Shown one piece after another: positions 55,965-64,000 of a DNA stretch of 64,000 bases. Position 1 is the stretch's first letter; every line of letters starts with the position of its first letter. Source of the DNA: Methanocaldococcus sp. 28A (lineage in GTDB: Archaea > AGJL01 > Methanococci > Methanococcales > Methanocaldococcaceae); NCBI GenBank assembly GCA_049852185.1, contig CP187540.1; one strand, 5' to 3'. Position numbers and translations under genes: made by a program. Below the pieces are notes generated by a model. The model was not told the origin of the DNA and made no database searches. It saw only the letters and a program-made list of their open reading frames with translations.

Positions 55965-57689
55965 GTGGTAATTATGGAAGGATTTAAAATTGCAATGAAA
56001 GTTATCGATGAGATTGATAAAAAGATAAAACCTTTGATTGGCTGGGAAAAGGCTGATGAAGTGGTTAAAATAGGCGCTGATGGAACACCAACAAAAAGAA
56101 TAGATGTGATAGCTGAAAATATAGCCCTAAATATATTAGAAAAATTTAGTGGGGGAATTTTAATAAGTGAAGAGATTGGATTAAAAGTTGTAGGTAAAGA
56201 TTTAGAGTATATATTTATTTTAGACCCAATAGATGGAACATACAATGCTTTGAAATCTATTCCAATATATTCTACTTCAATAGCAATAGCAAAAATTAAA
56301 AGTGAAGATAAAAAGCTAATTAGAGAAAATATTAACAACTTAGAGTGGATTAAAGATTTTATAGCTAATAAATATACAATAAATGATTTATATGTTGGAA
56401 TTGTGAAGAATTTAGCTACTGGGGATTTATATTATGCCATTAAAGGAGAGGGAAGTTTCTTAGAAAAAGATGGAGAAAAAATTAGGATAGAGGCAAAAGA
56501 TACAAAAAATTTAAAAGAAGCTTCTGTAGGATTGTTTGTTTATGGATTATCCAATGATTTATTGGAATTTTTAAAAGAAAGAAAGGTTAGAAGAGTTAGA
56601 TTATTTGGTTCTATGGCTTTAGAAATGTGTTATGTTGTCAGTGGGGCTTTAGATGCTTATATAAATGTAAATGAAAATTCTCGGCTGTGTGATATAGCTG
56701 GGGCTTATGTTATTTGTAAAGAAGGAAATGCAATAATTACAAACAAAAATGGAAAAGAATTGAAGATGAAATTACATTTAATGGAAAAAACATCTTTAAT
56801 TATTAGTAATAAATACTTACATAAAAAACTCATAGCTTTATTTGGAAATAAATGGGCAATAAAGCCTGCAAAATTTGGGATAGTTGTTAGAGAGGATAAT
56901 GAAGAAGCAATTAACTTAGCTATAGAGATTTGTAAATATTTAAGAGATAAAAATATTCCTTACTGTGTTGAAAACTTTTTAAAAGATAAAGTTAAAGGAG
57001 AAGAGTTTGATATTTCGACGATTTCTCATATTATTGCTATAGGAGGAGATGGAACAATACTTAGAGCTTCGAGATTAGTTAATGGGGAGACAATACCAAT
57101 AATAGCAGTAAATATGGGAAAATTGGGATTTTTAGCTGAATTTTATAAAGATGAAGTTTTTAGAATAATAGATAAGGTAATATATGGAGAGTATGAGATA
57201 GAAAAAAGGAGTAAATTATCTTGCAAAATAATAAAAAATAATAAATTAATAAAAACTCCTTCAGCATTAAATGAAATGGTAGTTATTACAAAAAACCCTG
57301 CAAAGATTTTAGAATTTGATGTGTATGTTAATGATACGCTCGTTGAAAATGTTAGGGCTGATGGAATAATTATTTCAACACCTACTGGTTCTACAGCATA
57401 TTCTTTAAGTGCTGGAGGTCCTATAGTAGAACCAAATGTTGACTGCTTTATAATATCTCCAATATGCCCGTTTAAATTATCTTCAAGACCTTTAGTAGTT
57501 TCTGGTTCAAATAAAATTAAGTTAAAGCTTAAATTGGAAAAACCAGCTTTATTAGTAATTGATGGAAGTGTTGAATATGAAATTAATAAAGATGATGAGC
57601 TAATTTTTGAAAAATCTGACAGTTATGCTTATTTTGTAAAAGGACAAAGTTTTTATAATAAGTTGAATAGATGCTTTGGAGTGAAATAA
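55965..57689 (+). CDS. Bifunctional NADP phosphatase / NAD kinase
   Basis: IMPase SEE/DPIDGT plus kinase GGDGT, NE, TPTGSTAY. Confidence 0.94.
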   Translation: MVIMEGFKIAMKVIDEIDKKIKPLIGWEKADEVVKIGADGTPTKRIDVIAENIALNILEKFSGGILISEEIGLKVVGKDLEYIFILDPIDGTYNALKSIPIYSTSIAIAKIKSEDKKLIRENINNLEWIKDFIANKYTINDLYVGIVKNLATGDLYYAIKGEGSFLEKDGEKIRIEAKDTKNLKEASVGLFVYGLSNDLLEFLKERKVRRVRLFGSMALEMCYVVSGALDAYINVNENSRLCDIAGAYVICKEGNAIITNKNGKELKMKLHLMEKTSLIISNKYLHKKLIALFGNKWAIKPAKFGIVVREDNEEAINLAIEICKYLRDKNIPYCVENFLKDKVKGEEFDISTISHIIAIGGDGTILRASRLVNGETIPIIAVNMGKLGFLAEFYKDEVFRIIDKVIYGEYEIEKRSKLSCKIIKNNKLIKTPSALNEMVVITKNPAKILEFDVYVNDTLVENVRADGIIISTPTGSTAYSLSAGGPIVEPNVDCFIISPICPFKLSSRPLVVSGSNKIKLKLKLEKPALLVIDGSVEYEINKDDELIFEKSDSYAYFVKGQSFYNKLNRCFGVK

Positions 57690-57717
57690 AATAATATTAT
57701 AATTATTATTTTTTAAG

Positions 57718-58332
57718 TTATTCTTTATTTTCCAATGCTTTTAAAACTTCCAAACCAAACAGTCTTGCGTAGTCAGGAGATTTTGCAGTAATTACATTAC
57801 CATCAACCACTACCCCTTTATCTACGTAAATAGCTCCAGCTTTTTTTAGCTCTTCTATTGCCTCTGGAGCTGGGAATACAGTAGCTTTTTTACCTTTTAA
57901 GATTCCCGCCCTTGCTAAAACTACTGGAGACAAACAAATTGCTGCAACAACCTTATTCTTATTATAAAACTCTCTAACCAACTCTATTAATTTTGTATTA
58001 TTCCATAAATACTCTTTTGACCCAATTCCTCCAACTATAACTATTGCATCGTATTCATCAGGATTTACATCATAAATAGTTTTATTAACAGTTATTTTAT
58101 GACCCAACATCCCCACACATTCTCCTTTTTTTGTTGAGACAACATCAACCTTTAACCCATTAGATTCAAATACCGCCATAGGTTCAAAAAGTTCTTCATC
58201 TCTAAAATCTTTTGGAGCAATAACCATTAAAACCTTTTTATTTTCCATATTTACCACTTTCTCTTTGTTTATACACATTGAAGATATTGAGATTAATATT
58301 ATGGATATTAAAATTATTATTCTTTTCTTCAT
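57718..58332 (-). CDS. DJ-1/PfpI family protein with N-terminal lipoprotein-like signal
   Basis: FRDEE, VGG.G, AICLSP; leader ending SMC. Confidence 0.88.
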   Translation of the reverse strand: MKKRIIILISIILISISSMCINKEKVVNMENKKVLMVIAPKDFRDEELFEPMAVFESNGLKVDVVSTKKGECVGMLGHKITVNKTIYDVNPDEYDAIVIVGGIGSKEYLWNNTKLIELVREFYNKNKVVAAICLSPVVLARAGILKGKKATVFPAPEAIEELKKAGAIYVDKGVVVDGNVITAKSPDYARLFGLEVLKALENKE

Positions 58333-58374
58333 ACTATCACAAGGTATATATCCTAATTATTTAGTGATGTTAAA

Positions 58375-58488
58375 TATAGTTTTGTGCAAAACTATCTTAA
58401 ATAAAATAAGGTATTAATGAATATCTTCCTTATGGAAGGTATTCAAATTGTCCTTATAAAAGTTTATTTTATTTTGCACACAACTATA
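58375..58488 (-). repeat. Repeat family A, copy 4 (inverted)
   Basis: TATAGTTTTGTGCAAAA..TGAATATCTTCC..GGAAGGTATTCA..TTTTGCACACAACTATA. Confidence 0.9.
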
Positions 58489-58514
58489 ATATATAACTTT
58501 TTGTTAATAAAATT

Positions 58515-59435
58515 TTATTCTTTCCATTTATTGTAGTAATATAAGAACCTTTTATCTTTTGTTAAATTATATAACCATAACATTTGTAATCTTTGAAGAT
58601 GTTCATAATGTTTATTACACCTATGTCCTAAAGCATCGTAATAACTCCAATCTCCTGCATCATAATATGGAAGGAATGCTTTTATTGATTTTATTCCCTC
58701 ATTATATAAAATATATGCATCCCTATTTTTTGTTTTATTTGCAAATTCTCCAATCCATATAACAGAAGTTATAAACCCATTTAAAACATAAGGAGGGTTA
58801 TTTGATGCATATTCTGGATACCAATAGTAAGATTTATTATTTAGTTTTCTTATTTTTAGTAATCCTCCATCCCTAATTGGGACTTTAAAAGCATTTAATG
58901 CCTTATCTGCTAATATTAAATATCTCTTATTTCCTGTAGCCCTATACGCAAGATATAAAGTTTTTAAGCATCCTGCTTGACATAATGAGCCCGCCCAACC
59001 TTTTGATAAATTATATATTGGAAATTCAAAATTATACCTCCAAATAATAAAAGTAATATTAGTCCCATTTACATTTATAGTATTTTCTTCTGCCTGAGAT
59101 ATTAAATATTCAGTTAAAAATAAACCTCTTTTTAAATAATATTGGGCCTTTTCTGGGTCATTATCTTTTAATTCAAAGTATTTGTAAAAACATTTTCGAG
59201 CTTCTTCATTTACATTGTGAGGTGTTATTTGATAACCAATATATTTCCCTTTTATTGTGCCATAATAGGTTATAGGCATAGCTACATTTTCAACTGTGAA
59301 TGGTTTTGGATTTTTAAAATATTGAATAATTGGATTTTCAGAATATACTGGCTGAGAGATTCCAATAACATAACCAAAAATAAATGATAGAATCATTGTA
59401 ATAAATATTAAAACATATATAATATTTTTTGGCAT
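58515..59435 (-). CDS. D-glucuronyl C5-epimerase family protein, membrane anchored
   Basis: W.GSLCQ, WYPEY, VLNGF, WSYYD, YE.L...QM motifs. Confidence 0.8.
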   Translation of the reverse strand: MPKNIIYVLIFITMILSFIFGYVIGISQPVYSENPIIQYFKNPKPFTVENVAMPITYYGTIKGKYIGYQITPHNVNEEARKCFYKYFELKDNDPEKAQYYLKRGLFLTEYLISQAEENTINVNGTNITFIIWRYNFEFPIYNLSKGWAGSLCQAGCLKTLYLAYRATGNKRYLILADKALNAFKVPIRDGGLLKIRKLNNKSYYWYPEYASNNPPYVLNGFITSVIWIGEFANKTKNRDAYILYNEGIKSIKAFLPYYDAGDWSYYDALGHRCNKHYEHLQRLQMLWLYNLTKDKRFLYYYNKWKE

Positions 59436-59507
59436 ATTCTCCCTATATATTCATTCATATGTTAAGTTCTTTATATCTGAACATATATATTAAAGTTATG
59501 TGAGATT

Positions 59508-60311
59508 ATGAAAGTTGCAGTTGTTTTTGACAGTGCTGGAACACTTGTGAAGATAATGAGAGTTATTAAAGATTTAAAGAAAAATAAGTTTATCTGTAAT
59601 AGGCAGACAGTTGATATTGTAGATGAAAAAAAAGGTAGAGCATTAGTCATAATTAAAGAAGACCCATTAAAAGTTGTTGATAAGGAAAATCCAGAAAAAT
59701 TAATATCTGATTTATTAAAAGAAGTTGAAATTGGTATCTCTTATTGTAACCCACCAATAAATAAGGATGGAATTTTTAAAGACAAAAAAGCTAAAGTTAA
59801 AGAACTACAAGAGCCACTAAATATTTTAAAGAAATACGATGTAGAAACAGGATATGGTAGTGCTTTAATAATAGATACCTACTCTGGAGAAGTTGAATAC
59901 ACAATCGCTACTGCTGGCTGTTTATTTAAAGAAGTTAAAGAAACAATTAAACAATTAAAAGGTTTGGGGATTAAAGTTTTTATTGCATCTGGAGATAGAA
60001 AAGGATTCATAAAAAGGCTGGCTGAACTTACAGGAGTTAGTGAGAAATATATAATGGCAGAAGCTCATCAGGAGCAAAAGAGAGATTTAATCATCAATCT
60101 AAAAAAAGAGGGGTATTTTACAATAATGGTGGGAGATGGAGCTAATGATGTTCCAGCAATGATTGAAAGTAATTTGGCTGTTGTAACTTTGCAGAATGGA
60201 AGTGTTTCAAAAAAAGCATTAGAAACTGCTGATATAAGAATTTACAACATAAAAGAGATAGTAGATATTTGTAAAAGAGTTATAAGTGGTGAAATTAAGC
60301 ATGATAATTGA
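59508..60311 (+). CDS. Soluble P-type ATPase-like HAD phosphatase
   Basis: FDSAGT, SGD, MVGDGANDVPA. Confidence 0.9.
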   Translation: MKVAVVFDSAGTLVKIMRVIKDLKKNKFICNRQTVDIVDEKKGRALVIIKEDPLKVVDKENPEKLISDLLKEVEIGISYCNPPINKDGIFKDKKAKVKELQEPLNILKKYDVETGYGSALIIDTYSGEVEYTIATAGCLFKEVKETIKQLKGLGIKVFIASGDRKGFIKRLAELTGVSEKYIMAEAHQEQKRDLIINLKKEGYFTIMVGDGANDVPAMIESNLAVVTLQNGSVSKKALETADIRIYNIKEIVDICKRVISGEIKHDN

Positions 60312-60894
60312 GATTGAAGGCATTAAACTAAAATTACACCCTGAAGTTTATGAGCCTGCTGAAGATTCAATTTTATTATTAAAAAACCTTGTTGATGTTA
60401 AAAATAAAAAGGTTTTGGAAATTGGAGTCGGAACTGGATTAATTTCAATTGTTTGTGCAAAAAAAGGGGCTAAAAAAGTAGTGGGTGTTGATATAAATCC
60501 ATATGCTGTAAAATTAGCAAAAGAAAATGCCAAACTAAATAATGTTGATATTATATGTTTAGAGAGTGATTTATTTGAAAATGTTACTGGAAAGTTTGAT
60601 GTTATTCTCTTTAATCCTCCATATTTACCAACATCTGATGAGGATAAAATAGATAGCTATTTAAATTATGCTTTTGATGGAGGAAAAAATGGTAGAGAAA
60701 TTTTAGATAGATTTATTGACAATTTACCAAATTATTTAAAAAAAAGTGGAGTGGTTCAAATACTACAGAGTTCATTAACTGGAGAAGAAGAAACAATAAA
60801 CAAATTAAAATCCTTAGGTTTTAAAGTTTTTAAAGTAGCATCTTTAAAGGTACCTTTTGAAGAACTTATGGTTATAAATGGATGGAGGTTATAG
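60301..60894 (+). CDS. HemK2/PrmC-family methyltransferase
   Basis: VYEPAEDS, EIGVGTG, NPPY. Confidence 0.92.
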   Translation: MIIEIEGIKLKLHPEVYEPAEDSILLLKNLVDVKNKKVLEIGVGTGLISIVCAKKGAKKVVGVDINPYAVKLAKENAKLNNVDIICLESDLFENVTGKFDVILFNPPYLPTSDEDKIDSYLNYAFDGGKNGREILDRFIDNLPNYLKKSGVVQILQSSLTGEEETINKLKSLGFKVFKVASLKVPFEELMVINGWRL

Positions 60895-60895
60895 C

Positions 60896-61630
60896 ATGAA
60901 AGCTAAAGAGGTTATAGAGTTTATTGAAAGCTTTGCCCCTAAGGATTTGGCTATTGAAGGAGATAACGTTGGATTGCAAGTTGGAGATGACCTAAATAAA
61001 GAAGTGAAAAAGTTAGGTATTGCCTTAGACCCATCATTATCTGTTATTAAAAAAGCAAAAGAAGAGGGTGTTGATTTTTTATTTACCCACCACCCATTAT
61101 TAAAAGACCCAATAAGAAACTTCACTGGTGTTATTTATAAAAAACTAAAAATATTAATAGAAAATGAGATTATTTTATACTCTGCCCATACAAACTTAGA
61201 TATCTGTAAAAATGGGTTGAATGATGCTTTAGCTGAAGTTTATAATTTGGAGAATGTTGAGCCTTTATATGATAATGGACTTGGAAGAGTTGGACTATTT
61301 AGAGGAACATTTGAAGAATTTTTAGAAATAACAAAAAAATATATTCACAAAAATCCTATTGTTGTTAAGAGTAAAGACGTTAGGGAGAACTTTAAATTAG
61401 CTGTTTTATCTGGCTATGGTTTATCTCAATCCTCTATAAAATATGTTGCTGAAAGAGCTGAGGTTTATCTTTCTGGAGATTTAACTCACCACTCAAAAAT
61501 TTTAGCTGAAGAGCTTGGCTTAGTTGTTGTTGATGCTACACACTATTCAACTGAGGTCTATGGATTGAAGAAATTTAAAGAATATTTATCTTCAAAATTA
61601 GATTTAGAGATAGTTAGCTTAGATTTTTAA
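60896..61630 (+). CDS. hcgD: Nif3-like dinuclear metal protein (HcgD homologue)
   Basis: DNVGL, THHP, HTNLD, HYSTE. Confidence 0.82.
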   Translation: MKAKEVIEFIESFAPKDLAIEGDNVGLQVGDDLNKEVKKLGIALDPSLSVIKKAKEEGVDFLFTHHPLLKDPIRNFTGVIYKKLKILIENEIILYSAHTNLDICKNGLNDALAEVYNLENVEPLYDNGLGRVGLFRGTFEEFLEITKKYIHKNPIVVKSKDVRENFKLAVLSGYGLSQSSIKYVAERAEVYLSGDLTHHSKILAEELGLVVVDATHYSTEVYGLKKFKEYLSSKLDLEIVSLDF

Positions 61631-61782
61631 AATGATTAATACAACCTAAAATTATAAATTGTAAAAGTCCTATAAAAATATAAGAAAGTTTTATATAGTA
61701 TTTAAAAAATTTAATAAATTACTAATTTATGAATTTTAAAAAATTTAATAAATTTTTATTAAAATAAATTTAGCGTGAGAAT

Positions 61783-62103
61783 ATGTCAATCTTCTACGTA
61801 CTTGGAAAGAAAGGGACAATAGAGATACTATACAAAATTAAAGATGGAGTAAATTCTTTTACGAACATAAAAAATGCTTTAGATATAGAAGGTTGTGGAG
61901 TAAGCACGAGAACGTTAGCAGAGAGATTAAATGAATTAGAAGATGAAAACTTAATACAAAAAGATGGAAGTAAATATTATCTAACAAAGAAAGGACAAGA
62001 AGCTATAGAAATTATTGAAAATATTAAGAAATGGGAAGCTAAGTGGAAAGAAGCAAAGATTCCAAAGATTATAATAGGAATGCTTGGTGATAAGGAGAGA
62101 TAA
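61783..62103 (+). CDS. HxlR-like winged-helix regulator
   Basis: STRTLAERLNELE, Y.LT.KG. Confidence 0.85.
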   Translation: MSIFYVLGKKGTIEILYKIKDGVNSFTNIKNALDIEGCGVSTRTLAERLNELEDENLIQKDGSKYYLTKKGQEAIEIIENIKKWEAKWKEAKIPKIIIGMLGDKER

Positions 62104-62193
62104 TTATTTATTAGTAGGGCTTTTGTGGAAATATATATAGTATTTAAGATGAAACTTTCTAAAAGTTTCAAGGAGATAGAATGGGTGGATATT

Positions 62194-62964
62194 ATGAAAG
62201 TAATCACATTTTCTATTGCAAAAGGAGGTACTGGAAAAACTATTATTACTGCAAATGTTGCAGCAGCTTTAGCTAAAAGAGGTAAGAAAATTTTATTAAT
62301 TGATGGAGATATTGGTTCAAAATCACTATCTCATCTTTTAAATATAAAATCAAATATATTTTTAGCAGATATTATAGAAGAAGAACGCCCAATAAAAGAT
62401 GCTATTGTTAAAACATCAATTAAAAATTTTGAGCTATTAGCCGTTGGAAAATCAATTGCTGATTATCTAAAATTTGATATAAACACCTTGAAAAAATTCA
62501 AAGAATTAGGTAACTACGATTATGTGCTTATAGATGCCCCATCAACATCAAGTGGTGTTGAAACATACTTAGCTTTAGGTCTTTCCGACTACTTCATCCC
62601 TGTCTTAGATTACACTACCTTTGGTCCAAGTTTGCAGGGAGCTATAAATACAATAGTCATTGGAAAGAACTACTTAGAGAGCATACCTGCAGGATTTATA
62701 ATAAATAAAGCCGAAGATTTGCCAGATAGAGTAATTAATGATGTTAAAAAAATCTTAGGATTGGAATGCATCTCTATAGTACACAAAAATCCAATTATAG
62801 AACAATCCTATGCAAAAAAAGAAATTGTTTATTTAAAATCTTCTGATAAGAAATTTGTTGAAGAAATTGACAAAATTGTTGATGCTTTAGAAAAATTAGA
62901 GGATGTAAAAGAAAGAGATATTCCAAAGGTTATTGAAAAAATAAAAGAAAGTACTTTATTGTAA
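62194..62964 (+). CDS. MinD/ParA family ATPase
   Basis: KGGTGKT, IDGD, IDAP, INK. Confidence 0.9.
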   Translation: MKVITFSIAKGGTGKTIITANVAAALAKRGKKILLIDGDIGSKSLSHLLNIKSNIFLADIIEEERPIKDAIVKTSIKNFELLAVGKSIADYLKFDINTLKKFKELGNYDYVLIDAPSTSSGVETYLALGLSDYFIPVLDYTTFGPSLQGAINTIVIGKNYLESIPAGFIINKAEDLPDRVINDVKKILGLECISIVHKNPIIEQSYAKKEIVYLKSSDKKFVEEIDKIVDALEKLEDVKERDIPKVIEKIKESTLL

Positions 62965-62980
62965 TAAATAAAATCTATCT

Positions 62981-63883
62981 TTATTTCTTTTTCTCTTTGT
63001 CACTATTTAATACCATTACTTCCATAAGTGTTTTTAAAACTTCTTTTTGTTCTTCTTCTGATGGTATTCTAACATTATATTTTTTTAATAACTCTTCATC
63101 TACATTTAATGTGTTTTTACACTTTGTTTTTACTACTTCATCAATATGACTTTTTAATATATTCTCTTTTAATTTTGTAGCATGTTTTAAGAAACATTTA
63201 GTAATTTCCACAGCGAAGATTATGAAAAATGCCCCCACTACAGTCATTATTAACCTCTCTTTAATAAAAATTGGTAGTGCTTTAATATAATCATCAGCAG
63301 TTAAATTTAAATATAATATCCCTAAAATTGAGCCATATAGATGGTCTGTCATTATTGATGTAAATGATAAAATTAACGCCCCTATAATGACTTTTTTACA
63401 ATCTTTGTTAAATAATAATTTACTTATTTTCTCCCTAAAAATTATAACAAAAAATAAAGCAAGAATTGAAAGACATGGATGGTAAAAAACCACTCTACCT
63501 ACATCTGTTAAATAAAATATCAATAAACCTATAGTCAAAATTATAGCCGAATATTTCCATTTTCCTTCAGATAAAGCTCCTGCAGATATAACCGCCAATG
63601 CTGGTGGAATTAAAGAATAGATTCCAAAATAAAATGCTTTTGGATTTAAAAAGAAGTAGATTAACATTACCAACATAACTGCAAAAAATCCGTAAATAGG
63701 ACCTAACAATAGACCACATAATGCTGATAAGCTTGGATCAGCATTTATTGTATGGTTTGACCCTACCATCTTAAATGTAAGAAATCGAATAAATATAAAC
63801 ATAAAAGTAACAGTTCCAATAAACATTAAAAATAAGGCTCTTTTATCTTTTCTAATAAATTTGAAGATATTCATAACAATCAC
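62981..63883 (-). CDS. ECF S-component-like membrane protein
   Basis: GLLLGP.YG motif, multiple TM helices. Confidence 0.65.
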   Translation of the reverse strand: MIVMNIFKFIRKDKRALFLMFIGTVTFMFIFIRFLTFKMVGSNHTINADPSLSALCGLLLGPIYGFFAVMLVMLIYFFLNPKAFYFGIYSLIPPALAVISAGALSEGKWKYSAIILTIGLLIFYLTDVGRVVFYHPCLSILALFFVIIFREKISKLLFNKDCKKVIIGALILSFTSIMTDHLYGSILGILYLNLTADDYIKALPIFIKERLIMTVVGAFFIIFAVEITKCFLKHATKLKENILKSHIDEVVKTKCKNTLNVDEELLKKYNVRIPSEEEQKEVLKTLMEVMVLNSDKEKKK

Positions 63884-64000
63884 TAATATAATATTAATAT
63901 AATTAGTGAAAATATAATAAGTAAAAGGTTCTTATATTATTTTTTACTTTTATAAATATATTTCTATTTTATTTTTAACCATTCTAAATTATATACATTT

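Overview
AT-rich chromosomal window from a hyperthermophilic methanogen. Proteins, GGTG-type RBSs and gene order point to Methanocaldococcus, close to M. jannaschii (inferred from recalled homologues, no search run). It is mostly housekeeping and methanogen genes: mmp15/mmp17, pdxS, tfrA, glyS, eIF6, rpl31e, gatDE, metE, nob1, trmJ, thi4, hcgE, polB, moeA, cofC, coaBC, nadX, NAD kinase/phosphatase and hcgD. Several features are missed by the ORF track: (1) a chlI/chlD chelatase gene joined by a -1 frameshift at an A9 run; (2) a tnpB-only element with a fully foldable omega-RNA whose predicted guide is the RBS/start of mmp15; (3) a two-guide C/D-box sRNA; (4) secG (Sec61-beta); (5) an intein in polB with degenerate LAGLIDADG motifs; (6) a pilin-like / PKD / PIP-CTERM / archaeosortase surface locus; (7) two families of palindromic MITE-like repeats and decayed IS5-, IS6- and ISH3-like remnants; (8) an orphan promoter followed by a tRNA-like mini-RNA. 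No CRISPR array, rRNA or intact tRNA was seen. Most of the strongest signals belong to known phenomena. I cannot establish a wholly new system from sequence alone.
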